64,000 nucleotides of DNA from the NCBI GenBank assembly GCA_964557345.1, contig CAZKZU010000001.1, positions 555-64,554 of the forward strand, given 5' to 3'. Positions 28,202 through 37,754 of this stretch are shown piece by piece. The notes under the pieces are model-generated. The model saw only the letters and a program-made list of their open reading frames with translations, searched no databases and was not told where the DNA came from. The position numbers were made by a program, and so were the translations under genes. This DNA comes from an uncultured Methanosarcinales archaeon. GTDB lineage: Archaea; Nanobdellota; Nanobdellia; Woesearchaeales; DATGWN01. The first letter of the stretch is position 1, and every line of letters begins with the position of its first letter.

Positions 28202-29170
28202 TTATTCAAAAACTAATTTATTACAAGGAAATATTATATCTTCTCGCATTGTGGCTGTTTCTATTTTTATTACGTTTTTAGAGAATTCTTTTGTGAATTG
28301 CCCCATCGTTGAATCGTATTCTGCAAAGTTTTGTGCAAATAAGACTAGTTCTAAGTCCCATGATGCAATTTGTTTAACCATGTTGATTATTACTTTATTA
28401 TTTTTTATGTATTCATTTATTTTTTTTAGTAGATTGTCGTCTACGTCTTTTAGATAAACAAACGCTTTATAGTATTCATATCCTATTTTTTGGTAGTCTA
28501 TTATCGTGGAATATCTAATAATAATTTTGTCTTTTTTGAAGTTTTGTAGTCTTGTTCTTACTATGTCTACTGTCGTTTTTAGATTGAATGCGATTTCCGC
28601 TATATTTTTTTTGGCGTCCCAATATATTTCATTCAATACTTTTTTTCCAATAGCATCTATTTCAATTTCTTCTACTTTTTCAGTAAATGTTGTTAATGTT
28701 GTGATTTCGTCTATTAAGAAGTTTTTTTCATGCACGCTTACGCCTACTAGAGATGCCATTTTTATATCTAGAATTATATCTTTGTATTCTGAGATAAGTT
28801 CGTGTTTAATTTCAAATATTTCTTCTTTGGATTTAATAAAATAACTAACTCCTATGTTCCAGGCTCCTTCCGCAACTCCGATCCAATAAGTTCTTTTATC
28901 ATTTTTTATTTGTTTGATTAGTTGTTGTTTTTTATTTGGAAGGTTAAGTAAGTTTAAGTAAAACGTTTCTGTACTGTATCCTAATTTTGCATAGTCTATC
29001 CAGGTTTTGTATCCAGTTATTATTTTGTCTTTTTCTAGTCTTTTAATTCGGTATTTGACTGCATCTTTACTTTTTTTAGTTATTTTTGCAAGTTGAATGT
29101 CTGAAATTCGTGCATTCCTTTCTAATTCGAATAGAATTCTTTTATCTATTTTGTCGAGATTTATTTGCAT
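28202..29170 (-). CDS. Tandem (double) Lrp/AsnC-family transcriptional regulator
   Basis: Two successive wHTH + RAM-like halves (IDKRILFELERNARISDIQLAK... and LNEIYWDAKKNIAEIAFNLKTTVDIVRTRLQ...). Paralog of 57370..58314. Confidence 0.6.
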   Translation of the reverse strand: MQINLDKIDKRILFELERNARISDIQLAKITKKSKDAVKYRIKRLEKDKIITGYKTWIDYAKLGYSTETFYLNLLNLPNKKQQLIKQIKNDKRTYWIGVAEGAWNIGVSYFIKSKEEIFEIKHELISEYKDIILDIKMASLVGVSVHEKNFLIDEITTLTTFTEKVEEIEIDAIGKKVLNEIYWDAKKNIAEIAFNLKTTVDIVRTRLQNFKKDKIIIRYSTIIDYQKIGYEYYKAFVYLKDVDDNLLKKINEYIKNNKVIINMVKQIASWDLELVLFAQNFAEYDSTMGQFTKEFSKNVIKIETATMREDIIFPCNKLVFE

Positions 29171-29277
29171 AATACTATATTTATGGATTTGTATATAAAT
29201 ATTTCCATTATTTTCTTAAATTTAAGACGAAAGATTATTATATATTGGCAATGTTCTTTCTCTAAAGGAGTGAAAAA

Positions 29278-30117
29278 ATGCAATCTCAAAAAGAATTAAA
29301 CCTAATTTTTATTAAAGGATTGAAGCAGGAAGAATTTTTATTATATGGACAAAATCATATAGCAAAATTAGAACGATCTCTAGCTAAGGCAATAAAAGCT
29401 AATGGCGGAGCATGTTGGCTTGGAGATTTTCAAGAGCCATTGTATAAATATGTAAGAGAACAGTTTGATTCAAAAATATTTCTTCCAAATTCTGGTCATA
29501 ATTCTCTTGAAAAATGGGCATGGTATCACAAAGAAGAAAAGCCTACTCTCGATGAATATCTTTCTAGTCCAGAACGAGAGAAAGTTGTAAGTGAATCATT
29601 GTTTAAAAGAGTTAAAGCAGCGTTAAATAGAGTGACTGATGCTCCAAGGGAATTTAAGTCGGCGGAAGTACAAGGTTTTTTTAGAGAATATTGTTTACTT
29701 GAAAAGGAAGATTCTTTGGAATTTTTAGAGCCTTTGATAAATTTAGAAAATGTTGCAAGTCCGAACGTATTAGAGGTTTATAATAAGCTTTATTCTCGAA
29801 GAATGATTTCTAGAGAAAGGGGTAGTCCAGTATTTCCTGGTGATAGATACACCTTCGCTTTATTTGAAAAATTTTTGTCGGGAAATATAGGTGAAGAAAT
29901 ATACTCAAAAGAAAGGACAACTGATAAAAGTGATTACAGCTGGGAAATGGAACATCTGAATTATTTTTGTAAATCCTTGCAAAGACATTTTAGAGTGCTT
30001 ATTGCAAATACGCGATTTGTATATACTGATAAAGAAATGGCTAGACGCTTGATTGAAGAATATACTAATCCTGAAACAGAAACTAGGAAAAAAGTTCAGG
30101 TGTCTATGAGAATTTAA
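29278..30117 (+). CDS. Hypothetical protein
   Basis: 279 aa with no diagnostic motif. Confidence 0.25.
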   Translation: MQSQKELNLIFIKGLKQEEFLLYGQNHIAKLERSLAKAIKANGGACWLGDFQEPLYKYVREQFDSKIFLPNSGHNSLEKWAWYHKEEKPTLDEYLSSPEREKVVSESLFKRVKAALNRVTDAPREFKSAEVQGFFREYCLLEKEDSLEFLEPLINLENVASPNVLEVYNKLYSRRMISRERGSPVFPGDRYTFALFEKFLSGNIGEEIYSKERTTDKSDYSWEMEHLNYFCKSLQRHFRVLIANTRFVYTDKEMARRLIEEYTNPETETRKKVQVSMRI

Positions 30118-30186
30118 TTTGATTAATTTAAGTAAAGATTATTTTTCTTTCCATAATTTGTAAAATATTTTTTTCTTTGATAAAAA

Positions 30187-30570
30187 TTATGTTTTTTCTA
30201 TTTTTGTTTTTTCTCTTATTTCTTCTCTAATATTCATTGCTTTCATAAAGCCACAAAGCATTTTTCTTATTTCTATTATATCGATAAGTATTTCATTGCA
30301 CCAGTTTTCATTTAGTAATTTTATGTCTCTAAAATAATTGACCCAGTATTCTGCTTCAGTTATTTCTGCAAGAACTATTCTTATTTTGCATTTAGTATAT
30401 CTATCTGTTCTATACCCTTTCATTTCTGCAAGATTTGCTGGAACAGAAGTTATGCTTCTAAATAGTTGTTCTCTAAAATACAGGTTTTCTATTTTTTGTG
30501 CTTCTGTTGATACTTTAATTGCTAGATCGTATGCTTTTTTGTAAACTAATAGATTGTCGATGTTTGTCAT
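30187..30570 (-). CDS. Four-helix-bundle protein (23S rRNA intervening-sequence protein family, TIGR02436-like)
   Basis: LLVYKKAYDLAIKV....SITSVPANLAE pattern characteristic of this family; 127 aa. Confidence 0.45.
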   Translation of the reverse strand: MTNIDNLLVYKKAYDLAIKVSTEAQKIENLYFREQLFRSITSVPANLAEMKGYRTDRYTKCKIRIVLAEITEAEYWVNYFRDIKLLNENWCNEILIDIIEIRKMLCGFMKAMNIREEIREKTKIEKT

Positions 30571-30751
30571 AGTTAAATTGAGATTTTGATGATTATTATT
30601 AGTAGTGGTGAAATATTCGAAAAGTTTTTTTAATATTTGAATTAATTCGTAGAAGCTCTTGATTTTTCCGGGGTTTAAGTCCCACTCTTTGATTTTTACA
30701 GAATATGGTGAAGTTGGAGTATTAGGTGTAACGTGAAAGAAAAATATAGAG

Positions 30752-30824
30752 TGGGAACGGTGGGACTTGAACCCACGACTTCAAGAGCTTCAGTCTTGCA
30801 CTCTTCCAGCTGAGTTACGTTCCC
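30752..30824 (-). tRNA. tRNA-Phe (anticodon GAA)
   Basis: The reverse complement GGGAACGTAACTCAGCTGGAAGAGTGCAAGACTGAAGCTCTTGAAGTCGTGGGTTCAAGTCCCACCGTTCCCA folds as a cloverleaf. It has a 7 bp acceptor stem, a CAAGA/TCTTG anticodon stem with loop CTGAAGC, GTGGG/CCCAC T-arm and discriminator A. CCA is not encoded. A TATATAAA box lies ~34 nt upstream on the minus strand. Confidence 0.9.
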
Positions 30825-30986
30825 CTGACTCTGCTGTAATGGCAAAATACATGGTTTATATAGGTTTCTGTCTGATTTAGGGTCAGGGGTCTGGAAGATG
30901 TGCAATTTAGTGGGTTTTTTTGGTTTTGTTGCGATATAATGATTTCTAAGTTATATGCCTGTAGGAGTGTGAAACGCAGAATGAAG

Positions 30987-31448
30987 TTAATTTACGTTAA
31001 TTGTGCCGACGTTTTGTTTATTTAGTTTAATTGTTGTAAATCCTTTTGATTTTGGTATTATTGTGATTGATATGTTGCTATTCGGAATTAGTTTACCTTG
31101 GAATTCAGAACCGTATATTGGAATTTCTATTTCTTGCGAGTAGATGTCTTTATTTATTATCATTAGATTTGTAGTTCTGTTGAAAGTTAGGTTTAAGTTT
31201 CTGGGAATAAGTCCTTCTTTGTGAATTGTTAGAGTTTTATTTTCTTCAGGATTAACTATGTTATTATTATTTTCTTGTGAATTTATTTGATTATCTACAT
31301 TAGAGGGGATTATTGTTTTTTCTTCATTATCAAAAATAGGTGTTGTTGTTTGTATTTCTTGATTATTAGAACAGGCGCTAAGGACAAAAAGTGATACAAA
31401 AATTAATATAAAGATTAATTTAAATGAAAAAAAATTGATTGGTTTCAT
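30987..31448 (-). CDS. Small secreted lipoprotein, tandem paralog of 31453..31869
   Basis: Signal peptide plus LSAC lipobox. The C-terminal ...GTINVN matches ...GTVNVK of the neighbouring gene. Confidence 0.45.
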   Translation of the reverse strand: MKPINFFSFKLIFILIFVSLFVLSACSNNQEIQTTTPIFDNEEKTIIPSNVDNQINSQENNNNIVNPEENKTLTIHKEGLIPRNLNLTFNRTTNLMIINKDIYSQEIEIPIYGSEFQGKLIPNSNISITIIPKSKGFTTIKLNKQNVGTINVN

Positions 31449-31452
31449 TTAC

Positions 31453-31869
31453 TTATTTAACATTAACAGTTCCTAATTGAACGCCTGCTAATTCTAGAGG
31501 GTAAATTCCTTTATATTTTGGTGTTGCTGTAATAATTGCGTATCCGCCTGCAACAATGTCTTCTCTTACGTTCATTTGAGGAATTTCTACTCTTTTAGTA
31601 TCGCTTTGGGAATTGTATATAGTAATTGTATTAGCTACTCCTGCTGTCATACTTATTGTACTTGGATTAAATTGACCATCAATAATTTCAATATCCCACG
31701 ATATTGGTTTAGCTGGAGAATTAACAACAGTTGTGTCTTTTGTTTCAATAACTTTTGAAGTGTCTGCTGCTTGAGTAGTGTTGTCGTTATCAGCAGGCTG
31801 TGCTGTGCATGCAACTAATAAAAGAGCTGCAATCATCATTATTATTGTTATTATTTTCATTTTTATCAC
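31453..31869 (-). CDS. Small secreted lipoprotein, tandem paralog of 30987..31448
   Basis: Signal peptide plus LVAC lipobox; shared C-terminal beta-rich domain. Confidence 0.45.
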   Translation of the reverse strand: MIKMKIITIIMMIAALLLVACTAQPADNDNTTQAADTSKVIETKDTTVVNSPAKPISWDIEIIDGQFNPSTISMTAGVANTITIYNSQSDTKRVEIPQMNVREDIVAGGYAIITATPKYKGIYPLELAGVQLGTVNVK

Positions 31870-31999
31870 ATCAAGTGGGATGTTTATTGATATTATAAAC
31901 CTTGCTTTTTTGTAGTTAATTAGGGCTTTGTTTATTTATAAAAGATGATGTTAAATTAGAACTTAAAGGAATTACAAAAAAAAGAAAATAAAAAGCAAA

Positions 32000-32896
32000 T
32001 TAATTTGCTTTGAAATGTTTTACTAATGCAATTATTCCCCATATTATTGCAATGAATATTGCGTAAGGCAATATTGCAAAAATTAAGTATAGTAAGCTAT
32101 TCATGCTTTGTACTAAAGTTTTTACTAGGTCTGCAAATTTTACAAATGCCACGTCAATATAATTAGGTGTTTTTTCAGTCATTACTAAGTAAACTGTTGA
32201 ATATTCTACTTTATTGTCAAGATTGTTTAATGAATCTTCAAGGTATTTAATTGTTCTTTCTTCATCGAATATTCTGTCATTTAATGTAATTTTATCAGCT
32301 ATAATGTCTGCTTTGTCATACATTGCTTGATATCTTGCAAGTCTTTCTTTTTCAACCGCTATTTCAATTTTAGTATTTTTGAAGCTTGCTGTAATATCTG
32401 CTGAGTTTTCGCTAAATGATTTTACTTCTCCTAATTTTTTTAGTTCAGTTACTGTTAAATCATAGCTAGATACTGGAATTTTTATTGTGTATGATCCAGA
32501 AGAATATTTGTTTTTTCCTGATCCTTCTGAATTCACATTTTGACTTAATATTATGCTTTTTGTCGATGAGGCTAATGCCGTTACTTCGCTTTCTTTATTA
32601 TTAAATTCTCCTCTAGTAATTTCTAATCCTAGATTAACAGTTTTAGTTATTTTTCGGTCTGCAATTTCTGGTGCAAAATCACTAACTGATGGACTTGGAT
32701 AATACATATTTTTACTTAAGCTACTACTTACGCCATCATTTGCAGAATATCTGCCGGACATTGAATTAGAATACTGCGCTGAATTTGAAACATTGCTTAG
32801 TAAATTTGGCATGCTAAAAATTAATAAAATTACTAAAACGATCAAGATTATTAACCAGTTGTCTGTTATTTTTTTCCATTGTTCTTTTGCTGTCAT
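32000..32896 (-). CDS. Membrane-anchored protein with N- and C-terminal TM helices (DUF4349-like architecture)
   Basis: N-terminal TM, ~230 aa extracytoplasmic region with a coiled-coil segment, C-terminal TM; architecture only. Confidence 0.3.
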   Translation of the reverse strand: MTAKEQWKKITDNWLIILIVLVILLIFSMPNLLSNVSNSAQYSNSMSGRYSANDGVSSSLSKNMYYPSPSVSDFAPEIADRKITKTVNLGLEITRGEFNNKESEVTALASSTKSIILSQNVNSEGSGKNKYSSGSYTIKIPVSSYDLTVTELKKLGEVKSFSENSADITASFKNTKIEIAVEKERLARYQAMYDKADIIADKITLNDRIFDEERTIKYLEDSLNNLDNKVEYSTVYLVMTEKTPNYIDVAFVKFADLVKTLVQSMNSLLYLIFAILPYAIFIAIIWGIIALVKHFKAN

Positions 32897-32968
32897 TTTT
32901 CCTCTTTATATTTTAAATTTTATTTTTATCTATTCAATTTTATATTTATAAATCTATTCTTGATATGT

Positions 32969-33140
32969 GCTCTGTAGAAAATCTGTCGCTTACGCTCCTA
33001 TTTGCCAAGTTCGCTCGCAGATTTTAGTTCGCTAGCGCTCACAATTGTCGCCACGCTCGTCGTTATCACTCCTTGCTGCTCCTCATATGTCTACGTTAAA
33101 ATAGCTCACAAAAAGGCAACAATAACGATTTTCTACAGAG
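32969..33140. repeat. 172 bp element bounded by a perfect 15 bp inverted repeat (gctctgtagaaaatc); its core resembles the MITE-like family at 41254, 45655 and 62446
   Basis: Terminal inverted repeats read directly. The internal segments tttgccaagttcgc, tgtcgccacgctc and ctacgttaaaatagctcacaa resemble repeat C. GC-rich relative to the flanks. Confidence 0.5.
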
Positions 33141-33322
33141 CCCTTAATATAGGAAAAGGGTTTCATATTAGCCCTTGCTAAACTCAGAGGTTTTTACTTA
33201 GCTCTTGATTTGTGTTTGAATGATTGTTTTAGAACTAGCAGTATTAATCTAGTAAAAAGTTGTTTTAGATAAATAAGTTATAATAAGAATTAATAAAAAA
33301 AATAAAAAAAAAGAAAGCTAAT

Positions 33323-34540
33323 TTACTGGAAATAAGCTGTGTCGTTAAAGACTGGAGCTCGATTCTTATTTTCAATTACAATTGCTATATCTTTGCTTAC
33401 TGAATCTTTACCATCGCTTACAGTTACAATTGTTTTATAATTTCCTGCATCTGTATAAGTTGTTTGGTATGTTGAAGATTTCATAAAGCCGCTATATGTA
33501 ATTTTTAAGCTGTCGCCATCTTTGTCTGAAACTACAGGTTTTATTTCAATTAAATCTCCTTCTGAGACTGTAATTGTGCTTGGTACGTCAATTACTGGTA
33601 GATTGTTTAAAGCCTTAACTGTAACTTTAAATGTTTCTTTGTCTTGTAATTTCCCGTCGGATGCTGTTACATCTATTTCGTAAACTCCTGCGTCTCCTAC
33701 TTTAGTTGTCCATTTTCCATTTGTATCAAGTGGCATGCCATATACTATTGATAATGCATCTCCATCTGGATCTGTTGCGCTTGCAGAAACTTTTACAGTG
33801 TCTTTTTCAGTGACTGTTAAGTCAGAGATAGGAGATAATTTTGGAGCTCTGTTTACGTTGTTGATTGTAATTGAAATTGTTTTTGTGTTTTCAGTTTTAC
33901 CATCTTTAGCTGTTAATGTTACAGTTTTATCTCCTGCATCACTATAAGTTGTTTGGTATTCTGAAGTAGTCATAAATCCTGAATATTTTAAAGTTACTTT
34001 GTCGCCATCTTCATCAGTTACTGTTGGATTGAATGTAATTAAATCTCCTTCATTTACTGTGATGTCTTTAAAGTTTGTAATAACGGGTGCTCTATTTACA
34101 GCGTCGATAATTAATCTGATTTTTTGAGTACTTTCAAGTTGACCATCGGAAGCAGTTACAGAAATAATATATTCTCCAGCATCTCCGATTTTAGTAGTCC
34201 ATTCTCCATTTTTGTCTAACGGAAGTGAAAATGTATATGTTAATTTACTTCCATCAGGGTCATAAGCTAAATCTTTTTTAAATTTTACAACATCGCCTTC
34301 TTTGAAAGTTTTTGTTGGAAGATCTTTGATCGCTATGTTATCTTTGCTGTTATCTACGATTACAGTAGATTTATTTTCTTTTGCTGTAGTGCCTTCAGTT
34401 GTATTGCTTTTTGAATAATTCAAATCAAGCAGTACGGACTTAGTGTCATTTGTATTATTTGCACTAGTTCCGGTTGGTGTTTGGCAACCAGCTAATACTA
34501 GTAGAAATAAGCACAATATTATTGCTAGTACTTTTTTCAT
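33323..34540 (-). CDS. Surface lipoprotein with three or more cadherin-like / putative-Ig (He_PIG-type) repeats
   Basis: LAGC lipobox; repeated ~90 aa modules containing NRAPV...D.DGD.L...Y signatures. Confidence 0.55.
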   Translation of the reverse strand: MKKVLAIILCLFLLVLAGCQTPTGTSANNTNDTKSVLLDLNYSKSNTTEGTTAKENKSTVIVDNSKDNIAIKDLPTKTFKEGDVVKFKKDLAYDPDGSKLTYTFSLPLDKNGEWTTKIGDAGEYIISVTASDGQLESTQKIRLIIDAVNRAPVITNFKDITVNEGDLITFNPTVTDEDGDKVTLKYSGFMTTSEYQTTYSDAGDKTVTLTAKDGKTENTKTISITINNVNRAPKLSPISDLTVTEKDTVKVSASATDPDGDALSIVYGMPLDTNGKWTTKVGDAGVYEIDVTASDGKLQDKETFKVTVKALNNLPVIDVPSTITVSEGDLIEIKPVVSDKDGDSLKITYSGFMKSSTYQTTYTDAGNYKTIVTVSDGKDSVSKDIAIVIENKNRAPVFNDTAYFQ

Positions 34541-34723
34541 AAATTATCACCCTATATTATCTATTATTAAATGGTGACGTATTTAAATAGTTTTTGCTTG
34601 AAAGTGGTAGTTGCAGCAAATTTTGAATTTTTCGTCTAAACGGAGTGATGATTATTTTTTTGTTTTTTAATGATTATTTTTGGTTTTAGAAAAGTTATTA
34701 AGTTTAAGAAATTCTTTTGAGTT

Positions 34724-35062
34724 ATGGATCCTATTTTGATTGCATTTATTTTTGGTATATTATTAAGTGTAATAACTGTTTTTGCTGACGTTTTGATTAA
34801 ACATGCTTCGTTACAGAATGGTTTTTCAGGTTGGTTTACTTTGCTATTAGGAGCAGTTGTGTATGGAATTACTGCACTTGGTTGGTTTTTTTTGATGAGG
34901 AAAGTAAAACTTTCCACACTTGGAGTTTTGTACGCAGTTAGTTGTGTAGTTCTTTTGACTTTATTTAGCGTTTTTTATTTTAAGGAAAAAATAAATGTAT
35001 TTGAGATTGTCGGAATTGTGCTTGCTATAATTTCTTTAATATTATTGTCTAGATTTGCATAA
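34724..35062 (+). CDS. Small four-TM transporter-like protein (SMR/DMT-superfamily-like)
   Basis: 112 aa with four hydrophobic helices; topology resemblance only. Confidence 0.35.
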   Translation: MDPILIAFIFGILLSVITVFADVLIKHASLQNGFSGWFTLLLGAVVYGITALGWFFLMRKVKLSTLGVLYAVSCVVLLTLFSVFYFKEKINVFEIVGIVLAIISLILLSRFA

Positions 35063-35118
35063 AGTAAAACTTTCGTTTAAAAAGTAATCTTATTAAATAG
35101 CAGTATGTTAATATTATT

Positions 35119-36525
35119 ATGGACAGAGATTATATTTTTCATGAGTCAACAGAGAGTATTTGCCCGAAGTGTTTAGCGCGAATACCTGCCAAAATAATCT
35201 ATAAAGATAATAAGGTTTTTCTGAAAAAGTTTTGTAAAGTTCATGGTGAACAATTGGAATTGTATGAAGAAGATATTGAATATTATGAAACCAAAAAAGG
35301 ATTTGATAAGCCAGGTACAATTTCTAAAACGCAAACTAAAATTAATCGCGGATGTCCTTTTGATTGCGGGTTATGTCCTGATCATGATCAGCATACTTGT
35401 ATTGGTCTTATTGAAGTAACCAATAAGTGTAATCTTAATTGTCCAACATGTTATGCAAATAGTGGGAAAGGGAATTTTTTGTCTTTAGATAAATTATCTA
35501 AAATGATGGATTTTTTGATTGAATCAGAAGGTGGGCAGTCAGAAATTTTGCAGATTAGTGGAGGGGAGCCAACTATACATCCTGAAATAATTAAAATTAT
35601 TGAGTTAGCGAGAACTAAAAAAATAAATTACGTTATGCTTAATACTAATGGTGTGCGAATTGCTGAGGATGAGAATTTCGTAAAATCTCTTGGTAAGTTT
35701 AAAGGAAAGTTTGAAGTGTATTTGCAATTTGATGGTTTTTCTCCTAAAGCAAATATTGCACTTCGTGGAAAAGATTTGGTTAAAATTAAATTGAAGGCAA
35801 TCGAAAATTTGCGAAAATATAATATTCCCATAACTCTTGTAACAACAGTTCAAAAGGGTTTGAATGATTCTGAATTAGGGAAAATAATTAAGTTTGGAAT
35901 GGAAACTTCTTGTATTAGAGGAATAAATTTTCAACCGGTTTGTTATTCTGGAAGAGGTTCATTTAAAGACACTAAAAAGACTGAATTAATAAATGATCGA
36001 ATTACGCTTTCTGGCGTTATTAAAAAAATAGAGCAGCAATTGCCAGAAGTATTTGTGAAAGGCGATATTGTACCATTACCTTGTAATGCTGAACGTGTTG
36101 CTGTTACGTATTTGGCAAGATCTGGTGATAATAATGGTAATAATAAAAAAAATAATGATTTTATTCCAATAACAAGAAGTGTTAAAGTTAAAAGTTATCT
36201 TCCCTTAATAGATAATACTTTTGGTTTTGATGCAGATAAGATATTAAAACAAAATGTTAAAAAGGCAATTACTCCTGCGGGTTTTTGTAATTGTATGAGT
36301 TTTATTAAAGATCTTAAAGGCATTATTCCTTTGAGTTATGCATTAAAATCTGATGACGAGAAACTCACTTATTTGAATGAAAATACATTTAGGTTAAGCG
36401 TTACTTCTTTTATTGATGTGTTTAATTTTGATATTAAGTCGATGCAAAAAGAGTGTGTGCATATTATAACTCCTGATTTTAAAAAAATTCCTTTTTCAGC
36501 ATATAATATGTTTTATAGAAAATGA
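35119..36525 (+). CDS. Radical SAM enzyme with N-terminal rubredoxin/Zn-ribbon-like Cys cluster and a second Cys cluster; possible lipid-modifying enzyme (Tes/GDGT-MAS-like, tentative)
   Basis: CPKC..(x)..CKVHG; CPFDCGLCPDHDQHTC; radical SAM Cx3Cx2C in VTNKCNLNCPTCYA; GGEPT motif. Followed by lipid-related genes. Confidence 0.65.
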   Translation: MDRDYIFHESTESICPKCLARIPAKIIYKDNKVFLKKFCKVHGEQLELYEEDIEYYETKKGFDKPGTISKTQTKINRGCPFDCGLCPDHDQHTCIGLIEVTNKCNLNCPTCYANSGKGNFLSLDKLSKMMDFLIESEGGQSEILQISGGEPTIHPEIIKIIELARTKKINYVMLNTNGVRIAEDENFVKSLGKFKGKFEVYLQFDGFSPKANIALRGKDLVKIKLKAIENLRKYNIPITLVTTVQKGLNDSELGKIIKFGMETSCIRGINFQPVCYSGRGSFKDTKKTELINDRITLSGVIKKIEQQLPEVFVKGDIVPLPCNAERVAVTYLARSGDNNGNNKKNNDFIPITRSVKVKSYLPLIDNTFGFDADKILKQNVKKAITPAGFCNCMSFIKDLKGIIPLSYALKSDDEKLTYLNENTFRLSVTSFIDVFNFDIKSMQKECVHIITPDFKKIPFSAYNMFYRK

Positions 36526-36566
36526 TTGTTGTTAGAATTAATTAGGTTACAAAACAGTGGTTTTTA

Positions 36567-37151
36567 TTGACAATGGTAGATTTAATATTAGTAATTGCGG
36601 ATGTTGTAATTGGGCTGTGTCTTTTTGCGTTATTTACTTCTATACTTATTAATTTTGTAGAGTCTAAACATAAAGAAGTGAAAAAAGAAAAAAGAAGTAT
36701 AGTTGAAACGGGATCGATGACTTTATTTTTTATCTTTTTTTATTTATTAATACGATTTAAAATCGGCGCATTTGTCGTAGGGGATTTTGCTAGGGTCAGT
36801 TTGATTATAATAGGCCTAATTATGATAGTATTTGGATGTTTTGTTAACATTTTTGGTAGATTTAATTTAGGCAAAAATTGGGCTAACCAAGTTAAAATAT
36901 ATAAAAACCAAACTCTTGTGAAAGTTGGAGTTTATAGATTTGTAAGGCATCCTTTGTATGCTTCAATTATGTTGATGTTTTATGGTGCGTGTTTAGTGCA
37001 TTTGAATTATTTGGCGTTTTTTTCGAATACATTCATATTTATTCCATTTATGTATTATAGGGCGAAGCAAGAAGAATGGCTATTAAGTAAAACTTTTAAA
37101 GAATATAGTAAATATCAAAAAGAAGTAGGAATGTTTTTTCCAAAGTTGTGA
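36567..37151 (+). CDS. Isoprenylcysteine carboxyl methyltransferase (ICMT) / phospholipid methyltransferase family membrane enzyme
   Basis: VRHPLYAS motif and C-terminal EEWLL..FKEY..Y...V pattern typical of ICMT/PEMT; polytopic. Confidence 0.6.
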   Translation: MTMVDLILVIADVVIGLCLFALFTSILINFVESKHKEVKKEKRSIVETGSMTLFFIFFYLLIRFKIGAFVVGDFARVSLIIIGLIMIVFGCFVNIFGRFNLGKNWANQVKIYKNQTLVKVGVYRFVRHPLYASIMLMFYGACLVHLNYLAFFSNTFIFIPFMYYRAKQEEWLLSKTFKEYSKYQKEVGMFFPKL

Positions 37152-37708
37152 TTGTTATGAAAGCTAAATTAAATACAATGAAAAAAGTAAGTGTGGCTAA
37201 TAAAAAAGTTTTGAAAACTAATAGTTCTGTAAAATTAGAAACTTGTGATAGTTGTAAAACGTGTTCAACTGATTTAGTTGATATTAGAAAAGATGCATTT
37301 GCTTTTTGTCGATATGGAGTTATGGTTCTTGTTTGGATAGCATTTATTTTTAAAATTAAATGGTTGGTTTTATTGGTATTTGGAATTCTTGTGTTGTCGG
37401 CAATTCTTGGTGTGCAATATGCTCCAATGATTCTGTTATATAATTATACTGTTGGTTTATTTTTTAAGTTCAAAACAGAATCGCTTGGAATTAGCGGAAT
37501 GAGGTTTGCTCATACGTTAGGAAGTTTTTTATCTGGACTTGCGGTATTATTCTTATTTTTCTGGAATGTAAAAATTGGTTGGAGTATTACTTTGTTTTTA
37601 GCTATTATGAAGACGATTTCCGCTTTAGGATTATGTCCTGCATATAAATTATATAATTGTATGAAATCTGGTGGCTGTTGTTCTTTTACTAAACGATTGA
37701 GCAAGTGA
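37148..37708 (+). CDS. Membrane protein with Cys-rich termini (CDSCKTC; CPAYKLYNC..GGCC)
   Basis: Hydrophobic helices; overlaps the upstream methyltransferase stop (ATGA-type coupling). Confidence 0.3.
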   Translation: MIVMKAKLNTMKKVSVANKKVLKTNSSVKLETCDSCKTCSTDLVDIRKDAFAFCRYGVMVLVWIAFIFKIKWLVLLVFGILVLSAILGVQYAPMILLYNYTVGLFFKFKTESLGISGMRFAHTLGSFLSGLAVLFLFFWNVKIGWSITLFLAIMKTISALGLCPAYKLYNCMKSGGCCSFTKRLSK

Positions 37709-37754
37709 GTAAATGAATATTTCAGTAAAAATATTATAATAAACGGTAAACAAA

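Noticed and set aside
30825-30990. Possible second tRNA or tRNA intron in the GC-richer region upstream of tRNA-Phe
   Set aside because: No additional cloverleaf could be folded. The tRNA-Phe is intact and uninterrupted. The region contains only a TATA-like box and T-runs.
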